Positions 1 to 11,159 of a DNA stretch of 64,000 bases are shown here, in pieces. The stretch lies in NCBI GenBank assembly GCA_015069135.1, contig SVJE01000002.1, forward strand, positions 105,953-169,952. The letters run 5' to 3'. The stretch comes from Oscillospiraceae bacterium. Its GTDB lineage: Bacteria; Bacillota; Clostridia; UBA1212; SIG427. The first letter of the stretch is position 1. Each line of letters starts with the position of its first letter. Made by a program: the position numbers and the translations under genes. The notes under the pieces were generated by a model. That model worked only from the letters and a program-made list of their open reading frames with translations, searched no databases and had not been told where the DNA came from.

Positions 1-1
1 A

Positions 2-445
2 AAGGCTTTGGCAGAAATAAAAAATTATAATATACATTATGTAATAGTTGGCAGAGGTAAATTGGCTGATAATCTTAAAGCCTTAGCAGAATCATTAGGA
101 ATAGGTCCAAATGTTCATGTTGTAGGGTATAGAACTGATGTACCCGAATTATATAAAATTGCAGATTTGTTTGTACATCCCTCATATAGGGAAGGCTTAC
201 CTGTTGCTTTGATGGAGTGTTTAGCTGTGGGTACACCGTGTATTGCTTCTAAAATACGAGGATGTATAGACTTATTAGAAAATGATCTTTTTAATCCTTA
301 TAAGGTGGATGAAGTTAAAGAACTTATTATAAAAAAATTTACTAATGAAAAAACATTTACATCCTTAGATAAAAAGTTCTATATTCAGGAAGTAAATAAA
401 AAAATGAGTGAAATTTACGGAACAGGAGATTGCTTGCATGAATAA
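2..445 (+). CDS. Glycosyltransferase family 1, C-terminal fragment (5' end lies outside the window)
   Basis: The open frame runs from the window edge. The C-terminal GT1 motif region reads ...EGLPVALMECLAVGTPCIAS.... Confidence 0.55.
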   Translation, partial: KALAEIKNYNIHYVIVGRGKLADNLKALAESLGIGPNVHVVGYRTDVPELYKIADLFVHPSYREGLPVALMECLAVGTPCIASKIRGCIDLLENDLFNPYKVDEVKELIIKKFTNEKTFTSLDKKFYIQEVNKKMSEIYGTGDCLHE

Positions 446-1568
446 GTCTGTATGTATTTTAAGATCAAATCCGGTCAGACCGGATTCCAGAGTTGAAAAA
501 GAGGCAATTTCTTTGATGAAGGAAGGGTACAAAGTAAATATTTTTGCCTGGGACAGGGATTCTGATTATAAGCCCAGGAAAGAAGAATTAGTTATTGGCG
601 AAACCAAAATACCGATCGTCAGGACAGGAATTAAGGCTTCGTTTGGGGAAGGTTTTAAAAATATTATTGCCTTTCTCAAATTTCAGCTATCAATGAGAAA
701 GTTTTTAAGGAGAAACAAGTTTGATATTATCCATGCTTGTGATTTTGACACAGCATTTTTTTCATATAAACTTGTTTTAAGGAAAAAAGAAAAATTTGTC
801 TTTGATATTTTTGATTTCGTTCATTCCAGACCAAAAAACTTTTTTCAGAAGCAGGTTAAAAAAGCTCAGTATGACATAATAAAAAAAGCTGATGCGACGA
901 TTATTTGTACAGAAGATAGGAAAAACCAGATTGAAGGTTCTGAACCTAAAAAATTAATTGTTGTACACAATACGCCTTCAGGAAACCATGTTATGGAAAA
1001 CGAATGTGAATCAGTAAACATTTCGGGTAGGATAAAGGTTGCTTATGTTGGCATTCTTCAAGGAAGTAGGCTCCTTGAAGAAATTGGTCTGTTTTTTTCA
1101 AAAAATCATGATGTTGAATTTCATATAGGTGGATTTGGTTTGCTAGAGGAATATTTCCAGGAACTTGCTGATAATAATGATAATATTTTTTTCCATGGAA
1201 GACTTTCATATCAGGAAACACTCAATCTTGAAAAAGATTGTGACATAATGTTGGCTATATATGATCCCAAAAGATCTAACCATATATATGCTGCACCCAA
1301 CAAATTCTATGAATCTCTATATTTGGGGAAACCATTACTTATGGTTAAAGGTACCGGAATGTCAACTGTATTGGCAGAAGAAAACATAGGTGAACTTATT
1401 GACTACAGTTATGATGGGTTTGAAAAAGGCCTGAGAGATTTAATAGACAGAAAAAATGAATGGTCAGAAATTTCTGAAAAAATGAAATCTTTGTATACAG
1501 AAAAATTCAGTTGGGAAATTATGGAGAAAAGACTGCTTGACTTATACAACAATCTTAGCAAAGTATAA
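438..1568 (+). CDS. Glycosyltransferase (GT4-like N-terminal domain plus GT1 C-terminal domain)
   Basis: ATG at 438 follows a GGAGA RBS and overlaps the upstream stop. The protein has a GT-B fold architecture and sits in the polysaccharide locus. Confidence 0.65.
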   Translation: MNKSVCILRSNPVRPDSRVEKEAISLMKEGYKVNIFAWDRDSDYKPRKEELVIGETKIPIVRTGIKASFGEGFKNIIAFLKFQLSMRKFLRRNKFDIIHACDFDTAFFSYKLVLRKKEKFVFDIFDFVHSRPKNFFQKQVKKAQYDIIKKADATIICTEDRKNQIEGSEPKKLIVVHNTPSGNHVMENECESVNISGRIKVAYVGILQGSRLLEEIGLFFSKNHDVEFHIGGFGLLEEYFQELADNNDNIFFHGRLSYQETLNLEKDCDIMLAIYDPKRSNHIYAAPNKFYESLYLGKPLLMVKGTGMSTVLAEENIGELIDYSYDGFEKGLRDLIDRKNEWSEISEKMKSLYTEKFSWEIMEKRLLDLYNNLSKV

Positions 1569-1593
1569 TAAATTACAGACAGGATGATTTATT

Positions 1594-2772
1594 TTGACAA
1601 AAATAGTTTTTGTAATAGATGCATTGAGAATTGGGGGAATACAAAATTCTCTGGTTAATCTGTTGAAAAAAATTAATTATGAAAAATTTGAAGTATCTCT
1701 AATTGCTTTTTCAGTTGAAGAATCATTTAAAAGGTTGATTCCGGCAGAAGTGAAACTAATTAAAATGCCCAAAATATTAGCACTGATTAATACACCCTCA
1801 AATGATGTCAGAAAAAAAGGACTGTCTTTGTATTTTATCAGAAAAATTTTAGCGATTGGGTGCAAGATTTTTTCCGGGAAAGTTGTTTATTCTTTATTAT
1901 TTTCTCTGGTCAACTTAAAAGATATGTGTTTTGATTTGGCGATATCATATACAAATAATGGTAATGTAAAAAGTGTTTATTTTGGTTCTAATAAGTTTGT
2001 TATTGATAAAATAAAAGCTAAACGTAAAATTTCATGGCTTCATGTAGACTATAAGGCTATGAATATGAGTAATAAAACAAACAATAAAGAATACGAAAAG
2101 TTTGATAAAATTGTTTGTGTATCTAAAGATACAGAAGCAAAATTTTTAGAGTGTTGTCCGCAGTTTGAAAATAAAACTTGTGTAATATATAATATTGTTG
2201 ATGTGAATCATATAAAAAATCTGTCCAATGCAGAATTTGTTATGAAAAAAGATAATTTTACAATTTTAACTGTGTGCAGATTGGACAGAAATAAAAATGT
2301 TGAACAATGTCTTAGAATTGCGTCATTACTTAAAGAAAAACATTTTGATTTTCAATGGCTAATTGTAGGAGATGGACCTGATCGAAAGAAACTAGAAGCC
2401 ATGGCATATTCGCTTAATGTAGCAGATAACATAAATTTTCTTGGATACAAGGAAAATCCGTATAGCTACATAAAAAATAGTGATGTTTTTGTTTCCACAT
2501 CTATTTCTGAAAGTTTTGGTCTGAGCATCTATGAAAGTCTTATTTTGGGAGTTCCTGTTGTGGTAAGAAGATATGATGCGATAGATGAAGTTATCAGGAA
2601 CAAGGCAGATGGATATATTGTTTCTGAAAATGATTATGACTTTGTAGAAGCAATAATTGAAACGACAAAAGCTGAAGTAACCAAAACAGAACTCCCGTAT
2701 GATGAATTTGTTGAAACCAGAAACGTACAGGCACTTATGAAATTGGAGGAATTAGCAAATGTTGAAAATTAA
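1594..2772 (+). CDS. Glycosyltransferase family 1
   Basis: TTG start as given in the ORF track. The C-terminus carries GT1 motifs (ESFGLSIYESLILGVPVV). Confidence 0.6.
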   Translation: MTKIVFVIDALRIGGIQNSLVNLLKKINYEKFEVSLIAFSVEESFKRLIPAEVKLIKMPKILALINTPSNDVRKKGLSLYFIRKILAIGCKIFSGKVVYSLLFSLVNLKDMCFDLAISYTNNGNVKSVYFGSNKFVIDKIKAKRKISWLHVDYKAMNMSNKTNNKEYEKFDKIVCVSKDTEAKFLECCPQFENKTCVIYNIVDVNHIKNLSNAEFVMKKDNFTILTVCRLDRNKNVEQCLRIASLLKEKHFDFQWLIVGDGPDRKKLEAMAYSLNVADNINFLGYKENPYSYIKNSDVFVSTSISESFGLSIYESLILGVPVVVRRYDAIDEVIRNKADGYIVSENDYDFVEAIIETTKAEVTKTELPYDEFVETRNVQALMKLEELANVEN

Positions 2773-3982
2773 TATAAATACAGTTATATGCATGGGTGTT
2801 CTGCCTCTGCTTACGTGGCTGATTCTTTCTCCAAGAGTCAGTAATTCAATCTATTTAGAGTTGGCCATTGCTCTGTTTTGTATTTTTTTGAATGGTATGC
2901 TTTCTCTGAGACATAATAAAATAGGAAAACCTACTTTAGTTGTTATATTATTAGTATTATGGGTGTTTGTCTTAGGTCTGATAAATGCGGGAGTAACAAT
3001 TGCAGCTAAACATTCTATTGCATTTTTACTTACATTATCCCCTATATATTTATCTAATTATATTATACGTGATCCGGATGATAAGTTTGACCAAAAAAGA
3101 TACAGAATACTTATCCCAATAATTGTGGTTTTGTTGGCTTTTTGTTTTATAATGTCATTGGCATATCTTCGCATTAATCCTGAGGCAATGAGAAATATGG
3201 CTTCAGATGCAGGTGAGATTGATTTCTTTTCAGCCATTGGTGGTGGTTATAAACTGGTGTTCAGTGTTATTATTTTATCTGCTGTAGTTGCATTTTTAAT
3301 TAAGGAAGAAAGTGTTGTAAAAAATAAGGTAATATATATATTGGTATATGCTTTTTTGATTTATTTTATAATCAAGGCTGACGTTGCTACAGCTTTTATA
3401 TTAACATTATTAGTAAGTATTCCGTTATTGTTTTTCAAAAGAAAAAAAACAAGTTTCAGGTTTTATATAGTGGCCTTTATTCTTTTGTTGGTGTTTATTC
3501 TTTTTGTGTCAGGACCGTTATATGAAATAGCAGGACGAGTTGCAACATTGTTTGAAGAAGATTCTTTTCTGCATATAAGACTTAATGAATTACAGTCTGG
3601 AGATTCTAGTTTTGCTGGTAGGGGTGAACGAATACTGCAGAGCCTGGAAACAATATTGAAATATCCACTTTTTGGTGTTGGTGTGCGAAGTGGTTTTGGA
3701 TATTATGAGTTAGCAGGACATCTTGGTATGCATAGTGATTTTTTTGATATCCCTGGGAAATATGGAATACCTTTTACTTTGGCATTGTATACTATGTTTT
3801 ATATGCAGTTTAGAAAGATTAAAAGCATGTTAAAAGATTCTGCGAAAGAGCAACTTTATTCTATTTTAGGGTTATCTGTGATAGTAACTTCTATTTTTGA
3901 TCCTGTTATAACTACCAATATGTTGTTAATGCTATATGTATTTGTACCTATGGTTTTACTTAAAAATCCGGGGAAAATTTAA
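2759..3982 (+). CDS. O-antigen polymerase/ligase-like (Wzy-type) polytopic membrane protein
   Basis: About 10 to 12 predicted TM helices, and the gene lies between glycosyltransferases and a flippase. Confidence 0.45.
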   Translation: MLKININTVICMGVLPLLTWLILSPRVSNSIYLELAIALFCIFLNGMLSLRHNKIGKPTLVVILLVLWVFVLGLINAGVTIAAKHSIAFLLTLSPIYLSNYIIRDPDDKFDQKRYRILIPIIVVLLAFCFIMSLAYLRINPEAMRNMASDAGEIDFFSAIGGGYKLVFSVIILSAVVAFLIKEESVVKNKVIYILVYAFLIYFIIKADVATAFILTLLVSIPLLFFKRKKTSFRFYIVAFILLLVFILFVSGPLYEIAGRVATLFEEDSFLHIRLNELQSGDSSFAGRGERILQSLETILKYPLFGVGVRSGFGYYELAGHLGMHSDFFDIPGKYGIPFTLALYTMFYMQFRKIKSMLKDSAKEQLYSILGLSVIVTSIFDPVITTNMLLMLYVFVPMVLLKNPGKI

Positions 3983-4011
3983 ACATGGAATAGAAAAATA
4001 AGAGGCTGAAT

Positions 4012-5151
4012 ATGGAGAAAAAAGTTGGTATATTAACTATGTATTATAACTCAGTCAATTACGGAGGTTTGTTGCAGGCATATGCTTTGTGCAAGGCTCT
4101 TAATTGTACCGGAATTGTAAAAAGTGAACAAATTCAATATAGTGACAAGCGATTTAAATATAAACTAATCGGATATGTGCGCAGTTGTCAGTATAAACTT
4201 AAGAATGCAAAATTGTATTTTAAGTATGGCTTGGCTTTTAGTAATAAAAATAAAAAGCGAAAAAAGAAAATATTTGAATTTGCTACGAAATATATCCCAC
4301 ACACAAAAAAAGTGTTTAACAAAAAGTCTATCACCATGACTAATGAACTTTTTGAAAGTTTTATATGTGGCAGTGACCAGGTATGGTGTTCCAGAGATGG
4401 TAGATATTATCTTGATTTTGTACAAGCAAAAAATAAATATGCGTATGCTTGCAGTACCGGCAAGATGACATATAATCAACATGAAAAAGAGTTGTTTGAA
4501 AGACATTTGCAAGATTTTCAAGCTATCTCAGTAAGAGAAAAAGACTTATCATCATATTTAACAGATATATTAAATAAAGAGGTAGAATGTGTGCTTGATC
4601 CTACTTTATTATTAGAAAAAGAACAATGGGACACTGTTTGTGCAGAAAGAATCATTAAGGAAAATTATGTTTTTTGCTATTTTTTAGGTAGCGATGTCAA
4701 TCATAGAAAATTAGCTACAGAATATGCAAAAAACAAAGGCCTTAAGTTGGTAACTTTGCCACATCTTCAGCAAAAAATAAATAAAAGTGACATAGGATTT
4801 GGTGATTATCAATTATTTGAAATAGATCCGAAAGATTTTATTTCTCTAATTAAAAATGCGGAATGTGTATTAACTGACAGTTTCCATGCATCAGTTTTTT
4901 CCTGCATATATGAAAAGAAATTTTTTGTTTTTGAAAGAACAGATCATAAAGGAATGTCTTCAAGAATTTCTACTCTTGTGGATTTATTTGGATGTTACAA
5001 TCAGTTTTGTGATGACAATGAAAAATTATCATTTGATTATATGGCAAGTACAGAAATTTGTTATAATAAAGAGAAGTATAAAAAAGCACATGAAGAATCA
5101 ATGCTTTTTATAAAGAAACAAATTCTTGGAGAGTGTATTGATGAAAAATAG
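4012..5151 (+). CDS. Polysaccharide pyruvyl transferase family protein
   Basis: The N-terminus MEKKVGILTMYYNSVNYGGLLQAYAL is typical of the PS_pyruv_trans family. Confidence 0.65.
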   Translation: MEKKVGILTMYYNSVNYGGLLQAYALCKALNCTGIVKSEQIQYSDKRFKYKLIGYVRSCQYKLKNAKLYFKYGLAFSNKNKKRKKKIFEFATKYIPHTKKVFNKKSITMTNELFESFICGSDQVWCSRDGRYYLDFVQAKNKYAYACSTGKMTYNQHEKELFERHLQDFQAISVREKDLSSYLTDILNKEVECVLDPTLLLEKEQWDTVCAERIIKENYVFCYFLGSDVNHRKLATEYAKNKGLKLVTLPHLQQKINKSDIGFGDYQLFEIDPKDFISLIKNAECVLTDSFHASVFSCIYEKKFFVFERTDHKGMSSRISTLVDLFGCYNQFCDDNEKLSFDYMASTEICYNKEKYKKAHEESMLFIKKQILGECIDEK

Positions 5152-6694
5152 TATGCAAATTAAAATAGGGTCTTTACTGTCTTATTTGCAAATGGGTGTG
5201 AATATACTCATAGGCTTGCTTTATACACCTATTATGATAAGAATGTTAGGTTCCAGTGAATATGGACTTTATAACACGGTATCTTCTACTATTGCAATGC
5301 TGTCAATATTAAATCTTGGGTTTAATGCCAGTTACATAAGATATTTTTCTAAATACAAAAAGAAAAATGATGAAGAATCCATCTCAAAGCTAAACGGTCT
5401 GTATATTATCATTTTCATGGTTATCGGATTTGTTGGTTTTATTTGTGGTCTTTTTCTTAGCTTTAACTTGAATTTGGTTTTTGACCAAGGCTTGACAGCT
5501 GCTGAATATGAAACAGCAAGAGTTTTGATGTTGCTTTTTACAGTAAACTTAACAATTTCGTTTCCTATGAGTGTGTTTCAGAGTATCATTTCTGCCCATG
5601 AGAAGTATGTTTTTCTCAAATCTGTAGGAATTCTTCGAACTGTGTTTTCGCCGTTACTGACACTCCCGTTATTATTGTTAGGGTACAGATCTATTGCAAT
5701 GATAACAGTAACTATTTGTGTGTCGATTGTGGCGGATATAGCTTATCTCATATACTCAAAAAAATTTCTTAAAATCAGCTTCAAATTTTCCGGCTTTGAA
5801 AGCGGCTTGTTTAAAAGCATGCTTATATTCACTTCATTTATTGCTATAAATTTGATAGTGGATCAAGTGAACAACAATATGGGTAAATTTTTACTGGGAA
5901 GATATATGGGAACAACGGCGGTAGCTGTTTATTCTGTAGGTTATACACTTTATCAGTATTACACACTTTTTTCAAGCACAATATCCGGAGTTTTTGCACC
6001 TAGAATACACAGAATTGTAAATGAAACCAATGAAGATGTAAATAAAATGAAGCAGAATCTTACGGAGCTTTTTTCAAAGGTGGGCAGAATACAGTTTTTG
6101 ATTCTTTCTTTGATTTCATCAGGTTTAATTTTTTTTGGAAAGCCGTTTATTAGTTTTTGGGCAGGGGAAGAATATGCTGAATCCTATTATGTTGCCATAT
6201 TACTTATAATACCGTCTTCGATAGCATTGATTCAGAATCTGGGACTTGAAATCCAGAGGGCACAGAATAAACACAAATTCAGAAGTTTAGCGTATGTAAT
6301 TATGGCGTTGATTAATTTGTCCCTTACTGTGTTTTTGTGCCAAAAATTCGGTGCTACAGGAGCGGCTATAGGAACGGCTGCATCATTTGTTATAGCAAAT
6401 GGTTTCATCATGAACATTTATTATCACAAAAAGTGCAATATAAATATTATATATTTTTGGAAAAGTATACTTAAAATGTCGCGTGGACTTGTTTTGCCGG
6501 TTGTTTTTGGAACAGGCATAAATATTTTAGTTGATTTTAATGGAGCAACATGGAAAATGTTTGCAGGGATTCTAGGTTATGCTATGATTTATGTGGTGTC
6601 TATGTGGTTTTTTGGGATGAACCAATATGAAAAGAGTTTACTGATTGATTTTACTGGTAAAATGGTGAATGTTTTCAGGAGGCATAAAAGATGA
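5141..6694 (+). CDS. Oligosaccharide flippase (Wzx / polysaccharide biosynthesis protein, MATE-like)
   Basis: ATG at 5141 follows a GGAGAG RBS. The protein has about 12 to 14 TM helices and sits in an EPS locus. Confidence 0.65.
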   Translation: MKNSMQIKIGSLLSYLQMGVNILIGLLYTPIMIRMLGSSEYGLYNTVSSTIAMLSILNLGFNASYIRYFSKYKKKNDEESISKLNGLYIIIFMVIGFVGFICGLFLSFNLNLVFDQGLTAAEYETARVLMLLFTVNLTISFPMSVFQSIISAHEKYVFLKSVGILRTVFSPLLTLPLLLLGYRSIAMITVTICVSIVADIAYLIYSKKFLKISFKFSGFESGLFKSMLIFTSFIAINLIVDQVNNNMGKFLLGRYMGTTAVAVYSVGYTLYQYYTLFSSTISGVFAPRIHRIVNETNEDVNKMKQNLTELFSKVGRIQFLILSLISSGLIFFGKPFISFWAGEEYAESYYVAILLIIPSSIALIQNLGLEIQRAQNKHKFRSLAYVIMALINLSLTVFLCQKFGATGAAIGTAASFVIANGFIMNIYYHKKCNINIIYFWKSILKMSRGLVLPVVFGTGINILVDFNGATWKMFAGILGYAMIYVVSMWFFGMNQYEKSLLIDFTGKMVNVFRRHKR

Positions 6695-7641
6695 TGAAAG
6701 CTTATGCTGTGATAAATAAAAACGAATCTGTTCGCAGTATGAGTTCTTCAGGTGGGGTTTTCACTTTACTGGCTGAAGAAATACTCAGAAAAAACGGGGT
6801 TGTTTTTGGTGCGGCCTTTAATGATGAAATGAAGGTTAAACATTTTTGTGTAAAAACAGAGTCGGAGTTGTACAAAATACGTGGGGCAAAATATGTTCAA
6901 AGTAGTCTGGATGGTATCTATCCGGAAATTAAGACATTGCTGGAAGATGGTGTGCCGGTTCTTTTTACCGGAACGCCGTGCCAGAATAGTGGGTTGAAGG
7001 CATATCTTGGTAAAGAATATGATAATCTTTATTGTCAGGATATTGTTTGTCATGGAGTGCCCATGCCTACAATATGGGAGAAATATAAAGATTATATGCG
7101 AAATAAAGCAGGTGCTGAAATAAAAGAAATTTCTTTCAGAAACAAATCTTCCGGCTGGAAAAGATATTCCGTGGTTGTAGCCTTTAAAAATGGTAAAATT
7201 TATAAAAAAAGAGCATCTGAAGACGTCTATATGAGAGCATATCTGTCTGATTTATGCTTAAGACCAGCCTGCTATAACTGTCAGTTTAAAACATTAGAGC
7301 GACAGGCGGATGTTACTCTTGCCGATTTTTGGGGAATAGAGAAAATTGCGCCTGAAATGGATGATGATAAGGGAACATCTTTGGTTTTAGTTCATTCTCA
7401 AAAGGGTGCTGAAATGTTGTCAGAAATTTCCGGAAGAGTGAAATTGCAAGAAGTGGATCCGGTGCAAGCAATCAGATGTAACCAAGCTGCTGTTAAATGT
7501 GCTTGCAAGCCTGATGCTGCGGATGCATTTTGTAATGATATTCAGGAGAATTCTTTTGATAAGATTGTTGATAAATATGTGCCAAAAACAAATAAGATCA
7601 GAAAAATAATTAAGAAAGTTGTAAGGATGGTTAAAAAATGA
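6691..7641 (+). CDS. Coenzyme F420 hydrogenase/dehydrogenase beta-subunit-like protein (pyruvyl-transferase-associated)
   Basis: The N-terminus ...SSSGGVFTLLAEEILRKNGVVFGAAF matches this family, which commonly sits beside polysaccharide pyruvyl transferases. GGAGG RBS. Confidence 0.5.
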   Translation: MMKAYAVINKNESVRSMSSSGGVFTLLAEEILRKNGVVFGAAFNDEMKVKHFCVKTESELYKIRGAKYVQSSLDGIYPEIKTLLEDGVPVLFTGTPCQNSGLKAYLGKEYDNLYCQDIVCHGVPMPTIWEKYKDYMRNKAGAEIKEISFRNKSSGWKRYSVVVAFKNGKIYKKRASEDVYMRAYLSDLCLRPACYNCQFKTLERQADVTLADFWGIEKIAPEMDDDKGTSLVLVHSQKGAEMLSEISGRVKLQEVDPVQAIRCNQAAVKCACKPDAADAFCNDIQENSFDKIVDKYVPKTNKIRKIIKKVVRMVKK

Positions 7642-8729
7642 AAACTGTAATGCTTGTGTTCGGAACTCGCCCTGAAGCTATTAAAATGTGTCCGCTTGTT
7701 AATGAGCTTAAACAACGAAAAACAATAAATACTATTGTATGTGTTACAGGTCAACATCGCCAGATGTTGGACCAGGTTCTTGATGCTTTCAATGTTGTTC
7801 CTGAATATGATTTATCAATAATGAAGGAAAAACAAACACTTTTTGATATTACGACGAATATTTTACAGGATATAGGTGAAGTTCTTGAAAAAGTTAAGCC
7901 GGATGTGGTTTTAGTCCATGGTGATACTTCAACAACCTTTGTGACAGCGTTAGCCTGTTTTTATAAACAGATACCGGTAGGCCATGTAGAGGCCGGGTTA
8001 CGCACATATAATATCTATAGTCCATATCCTGAGGAATTTAATCGTCAGGCAGTGTCGATTATTTCAAAATACAATTTTGCTCCTACAAAACTTTCTAAGG
8101 CAAATTTGTTGCGTGAAGGAAAAGATGAAAGCACTATTTTTGTTACAGGAAACACTGCTATTGACGCTCTTAAAACCACTGTGAAAGATGATTATAGACA
8201 TCCGGAGCTTGATTGGGCGAAAGATAGTAGATTGATTCTAATTACTGCCCACAGAAGAGAAAATCTGGGTGAACCAATGCACAATATGTTCCGTGCCATT
8301 AGGAGAGTAATAGATGAACATCCGGATGTAAAGGCTATATATCCCATTCACATGAATCCGGTTGTGCGAGCTGCTGCTGATGAGGAATTGGGCGGTTGTG
8401 ATAAAATACGTATAATAGAGCCACTGGATGTACTTGATTTCCATAATTTTATGGCAAGGAGTTATATGATTCTTACAGACAGTGGAGGGATACAGGAGGA
8501 AGCACCATCTTTGGGTAAACCAGTTCTTGTTATGAGAGACACTACGGAACGCCCTGAGGGTATAGAGGCTGGTACGTTGAAACTTGTCGGCACAAATGAA
8601 CAAGTAATATACGATAATTTTAAATTATTGCTTGAAGATTACGAGGCATATGAAGCAATGTCAAAAGCAAGCAATCCATATGGCGATGGTTTTGCCAGTC
8701 AGCGGATTGCAGACATTCTTGAAATTTAG
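7638..8729 (+). CDS. wecB: UDP-N-acetylglucosamine 2-epimerase (non-hydrolysing)
   Basis: The N-terminus MKTVMLVFGTRPEAIKMCPLV is diagnostic, and the C-terminal HGDTSTT and DSGGIQEEAPSLGKPVLVMR motifs are present. Confidence 0.85.
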   Translation: MKTVMLVFGTRPEAIKMCPLVNELKQRKTINTIVCVTGQHRQMLDQVLDAFNVVPEYDLSIMKEKQTLFDITTNILQDIGEVLEKVKPDVVLVHGDTSTTFVTALACFYKQIPVGHVEAGLRTYNIYSPYPEEFNRQAVSIISKYNFAPTKLSKANLLREGKDESTIFVTGNTAIDALKTTVKDDYRHPELDWAKDSRLILITAHRRENLGEPMHNMFRAIRRVIDEHPDVKAIYPIHMNPVVRAAADEELGGCDKIRIIEPLDVLDFHNFMARSYMILTDSGGIQEEAPSLGKPVLVMRDTTERPEGIEAGTLKLVGTNEQVIYDNFKLLLEDYEAYEAMSKASNPYGDGFASQRIADILEI

Positions 8730-8797
8730 TTTAAGACTTGAATCAAAGTTTATTTGGTTGTAGAATATGAGATGTTTAACATACTTTGGAGGAGTTT

Positions 8798-9970
8798 ATG
8801 TTTGATTGGGACAATGATTTTTGGTTTTTTGTGAGAACAAAAATTCATACGATAATGAGTGTCATTACTTGTGTGGTGGCAGTTGTTTTATTGTTAGTTC
8901 TGATAAATATTGATAATCCTGATGTTAAAAATATCGAGAATAATATATCTGTAGAGATTACGAATTTTCAGGAAAATGTTCTTCTAATAGACGAGAAAAT
9001 CGAAACTTATCTTAAATCAGACCCCTTTAAAACATCTGCTGAGGAAGTTTATAAGACATATGCCGGCAACAAAAAACAGCTTAATCAAGGAAGACCATTT
9101 GTGTTTTCGTATAATTTGAATAATGCTCACGAGGAAATGTTTGGTCAAAAGGCTATGTTGTATTTGTCTGAAAATAAAGATTTTGAATCTATGCAAACTT
9201 TTGAAATAACGAACAATAGTATCGAAATTTTTTCTTTAAAGACAGATACTAAATATTATTATCAGCTTATTGTTATATTGTCCAATGAAAGTATAATAGG
9301 AAAAACGGGTTCCTTTGTTACTTCAAAGTCTCCTAGAATTCTTAAGATTGACGGAATTGTCAATGTTCGTGATATTGGTGGTTGGCAAACTTCTGATGGC
9401 AAGCAAATTAAACAGTGTTTGTTGTACAGAGGTAGTGAACTGGATGGCGCTGTTGAAAAAAATTATAAACTGTCTGATAATGGAAAATCAGAAATGATAA
9501 ATGTTCTGAAAATAAAAACGGACATGGACTTGCGTAATCCTAATGTAAATAAAGAACCTTTTGATGCATTAGGAGAAAAAGTAAAACATGAATACTACAA
9601 TGCGCCTCAATATGCAAGTGTTTTTGAACCAGATTATAGAAAGACAATGCAAAAAATATTTTCTGATCTGGCAAATGAACAAAATTATCCGATTTATTTG
9701 CATTGCACATACGGCAGAGATAGAACTGGTACGATCTGTGCGATTCTGGAAGCTTTTTTGGGTGTAAGCAAGGAAGATATAAAGCGTGATTATGAAATAT
9801 CATCTTTTTCTTATGGAAAACTAGATCGTGAGTGGTTTGATTCTTTTGTTGAAAAGTTGGATGCATTTGAAGGAAAAACTCTTCAACAAAGTGCAGAAAA
9901 TTATTTATTGTCATTGGGGTTAACAGAACAAGAACTGAAAAATATAAAAAATATATTTTTAGGGGAATAA
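8798..9970 (+). CDS. Membrane-anchored protein tyrosine/dual-specificity phosphatase-like protein
   Basis: N-terminal TM helix. A canonical PTP P-loop CX5R(S/T) is present as HCTYGRDRTGT. ATG 8798 follows a GGAGGAG RBS. Confidence 0.5.
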   Translation: MFDWDNDFWFFVRTKIHTIMSVITCVVAVVLLLVLINIDNPDVKNIENNISVEITNFQENVLLIDEKIETYLKSDPFKTSAEEVYKTYAGNKKQLNQGRPFVFSYNLNNAHEEMFGQKAMLYLSENKDFESMQTFEITNNSIEIFSLKTDTKYYYQLIVILSNESIIGKTGSFVTSKSPRILKIDGIVNVRDIGGWQTSDGKQIKQCLLYRGSELDGAVEKNYKLSDNGKSEMINVLKIKTDMDLRNPNVNKEPFDALGEKVKHEYYNAPQYASVFEPDYRKTMQKIFSDLANEQNYPIYLHCTYGRDRTGTICAILEAFLGVSKEDIKRDYEISSFSYGKLDREWFDSFVEKLDAFEGKTLQQSAENYLLSLGLTEQELKNIKNIFLGE

Positions 9971-9974
9971 TATT

Positions 9975-11153
9975 ATGAGCGAAAATAACTACAAAAACAC
10001 ATCATTTAGAGGAGACGGTCGACTTAAACTTTTAATCATAGTAGGCACCCGTCCTGAAATAATCCGCTTGGCGGAAGTAATAAAAAAGTGTCGCGCTAAC
10101 TTCGACACAATACTTGCTCATACAGGTCAGAACTATGACTACAACTTAAACGGCATATTCTTCAAAGATCTTGACTTAGGAGAGCCGGAAGTGTACATGA
10201 ATGCAGTTGGTAGCGATCTTGGCGAAACAATGGGCAATATCATTTCCGAAAGCTATAAACTTATGGTAGAAATAAGGCCTGATGCAGTACTGGTATTAGG
10301 AGATACAAACTCATGTCTTTCAGTAATCGGTGCAAAGAGACTTCATATTCCGATATTCCATATGGAAGCAGGTAATCGTTGTAAAGACGAATGCCTTCCT
10401 GAAGAAACAAATCGTCGTATAGTAGACATCATTTCTGATGTAAATCTGGCTTACTCAGAGCATGCGCGTCGCTATTTAGCAGACTGTGGGCTTCCTAAAG
10501 AACGTACTTATGTAACAGGTTCCCCTATGGCAGAAGTGCTCCATAAGAATCTGGAAAAAATCAAAGCCAGCGATATCCATGAAAGACTGGGACTTAAAAA
10601 AGGAAAATACATTTTACTGTCAGCTCACAGAGAAGAAAATATTGATACAGAAAAGAATTTTACCGATCTTTTTACAGCTATAAATAAAATGGCAGAGAAG
10701 TACGACATGCCGATTCTGTACTCATGTCATCCAAGGAGCAGAAACAGACTTCAGGCAAGTGGATTTAAACTTGACAAACGTGTTATACAGCATGAGCCTT
10801 TAGGTTTCCACGACTATAACTGTCTTCAGATGAATGCTTTTGCAGTGGTTTCCGACAGCGGTACTCTTCCGGAGGAGTCAAGCTTCTTTACATCAGTGGG
10901 TCATCCTTTCCCTGCAGTATGCATAAGAACCTCCACAGAGCGCCCTGAAGCTTTAGATAAAGCATGTTTCGTATTAGCAGGAATAGATGAAAAATCTTTG
11001 CTACAGGCAGTAAATACAGCCGTTAATCTTAACAATGAAGGCGACTACGGGATACCGGTACCTGACTATGTGGAAGAAAATGTTTCTACTAAGGTGGTAA
11101 AAATCATACAGAGCTACACCGGCGTGGTAAATAAAATGGTTTGGAGAAAGTAA
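9975..11153 (+). CDS. UDP-N-acetylglucosamine 2-epimerase family protein (second paralogue)
   Basis: LLIIVGTRPEIIRLAEVIKK ... GDTNSCL ... DSGTLPEE motifs. Confidence 0.7.
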   Translation: MSENNYKNTSFRGDGRLKLLIIVGTRPEIIRLAEVIKKCRANFDTILAHTGQNYDYNLNGIFFKDLDLGEPEVYMNAVGSDLGETMGNIISESYKLMVEIRPDAVLVLGDTNSCLSVIGAKRLHIPIFHMEAGNRCKDECLPEETNRRIVDIISDVNLAYSEHARRYLADCGLPKERTYVTGSPMAEVLHKNLEKIKASDIHERLGLKKGKYILLSAHREENIDTEKNFTDLFTAINKMAEKYDMPILYSCHPRSRNRLQASGFKLDKRVIQHEPLGFHDYNCLQMNAFAVVSDSGTLPEESSFFTSVGHPFPAVCIRTSTERPEALDKACFVLAGIDEKSLLQAVNTAVNLNNEGDYGIPVPDYVEENVSTKVVKIIQSYTGVVNKMVWRK

Positions 11154-11159
11154 TAAAAA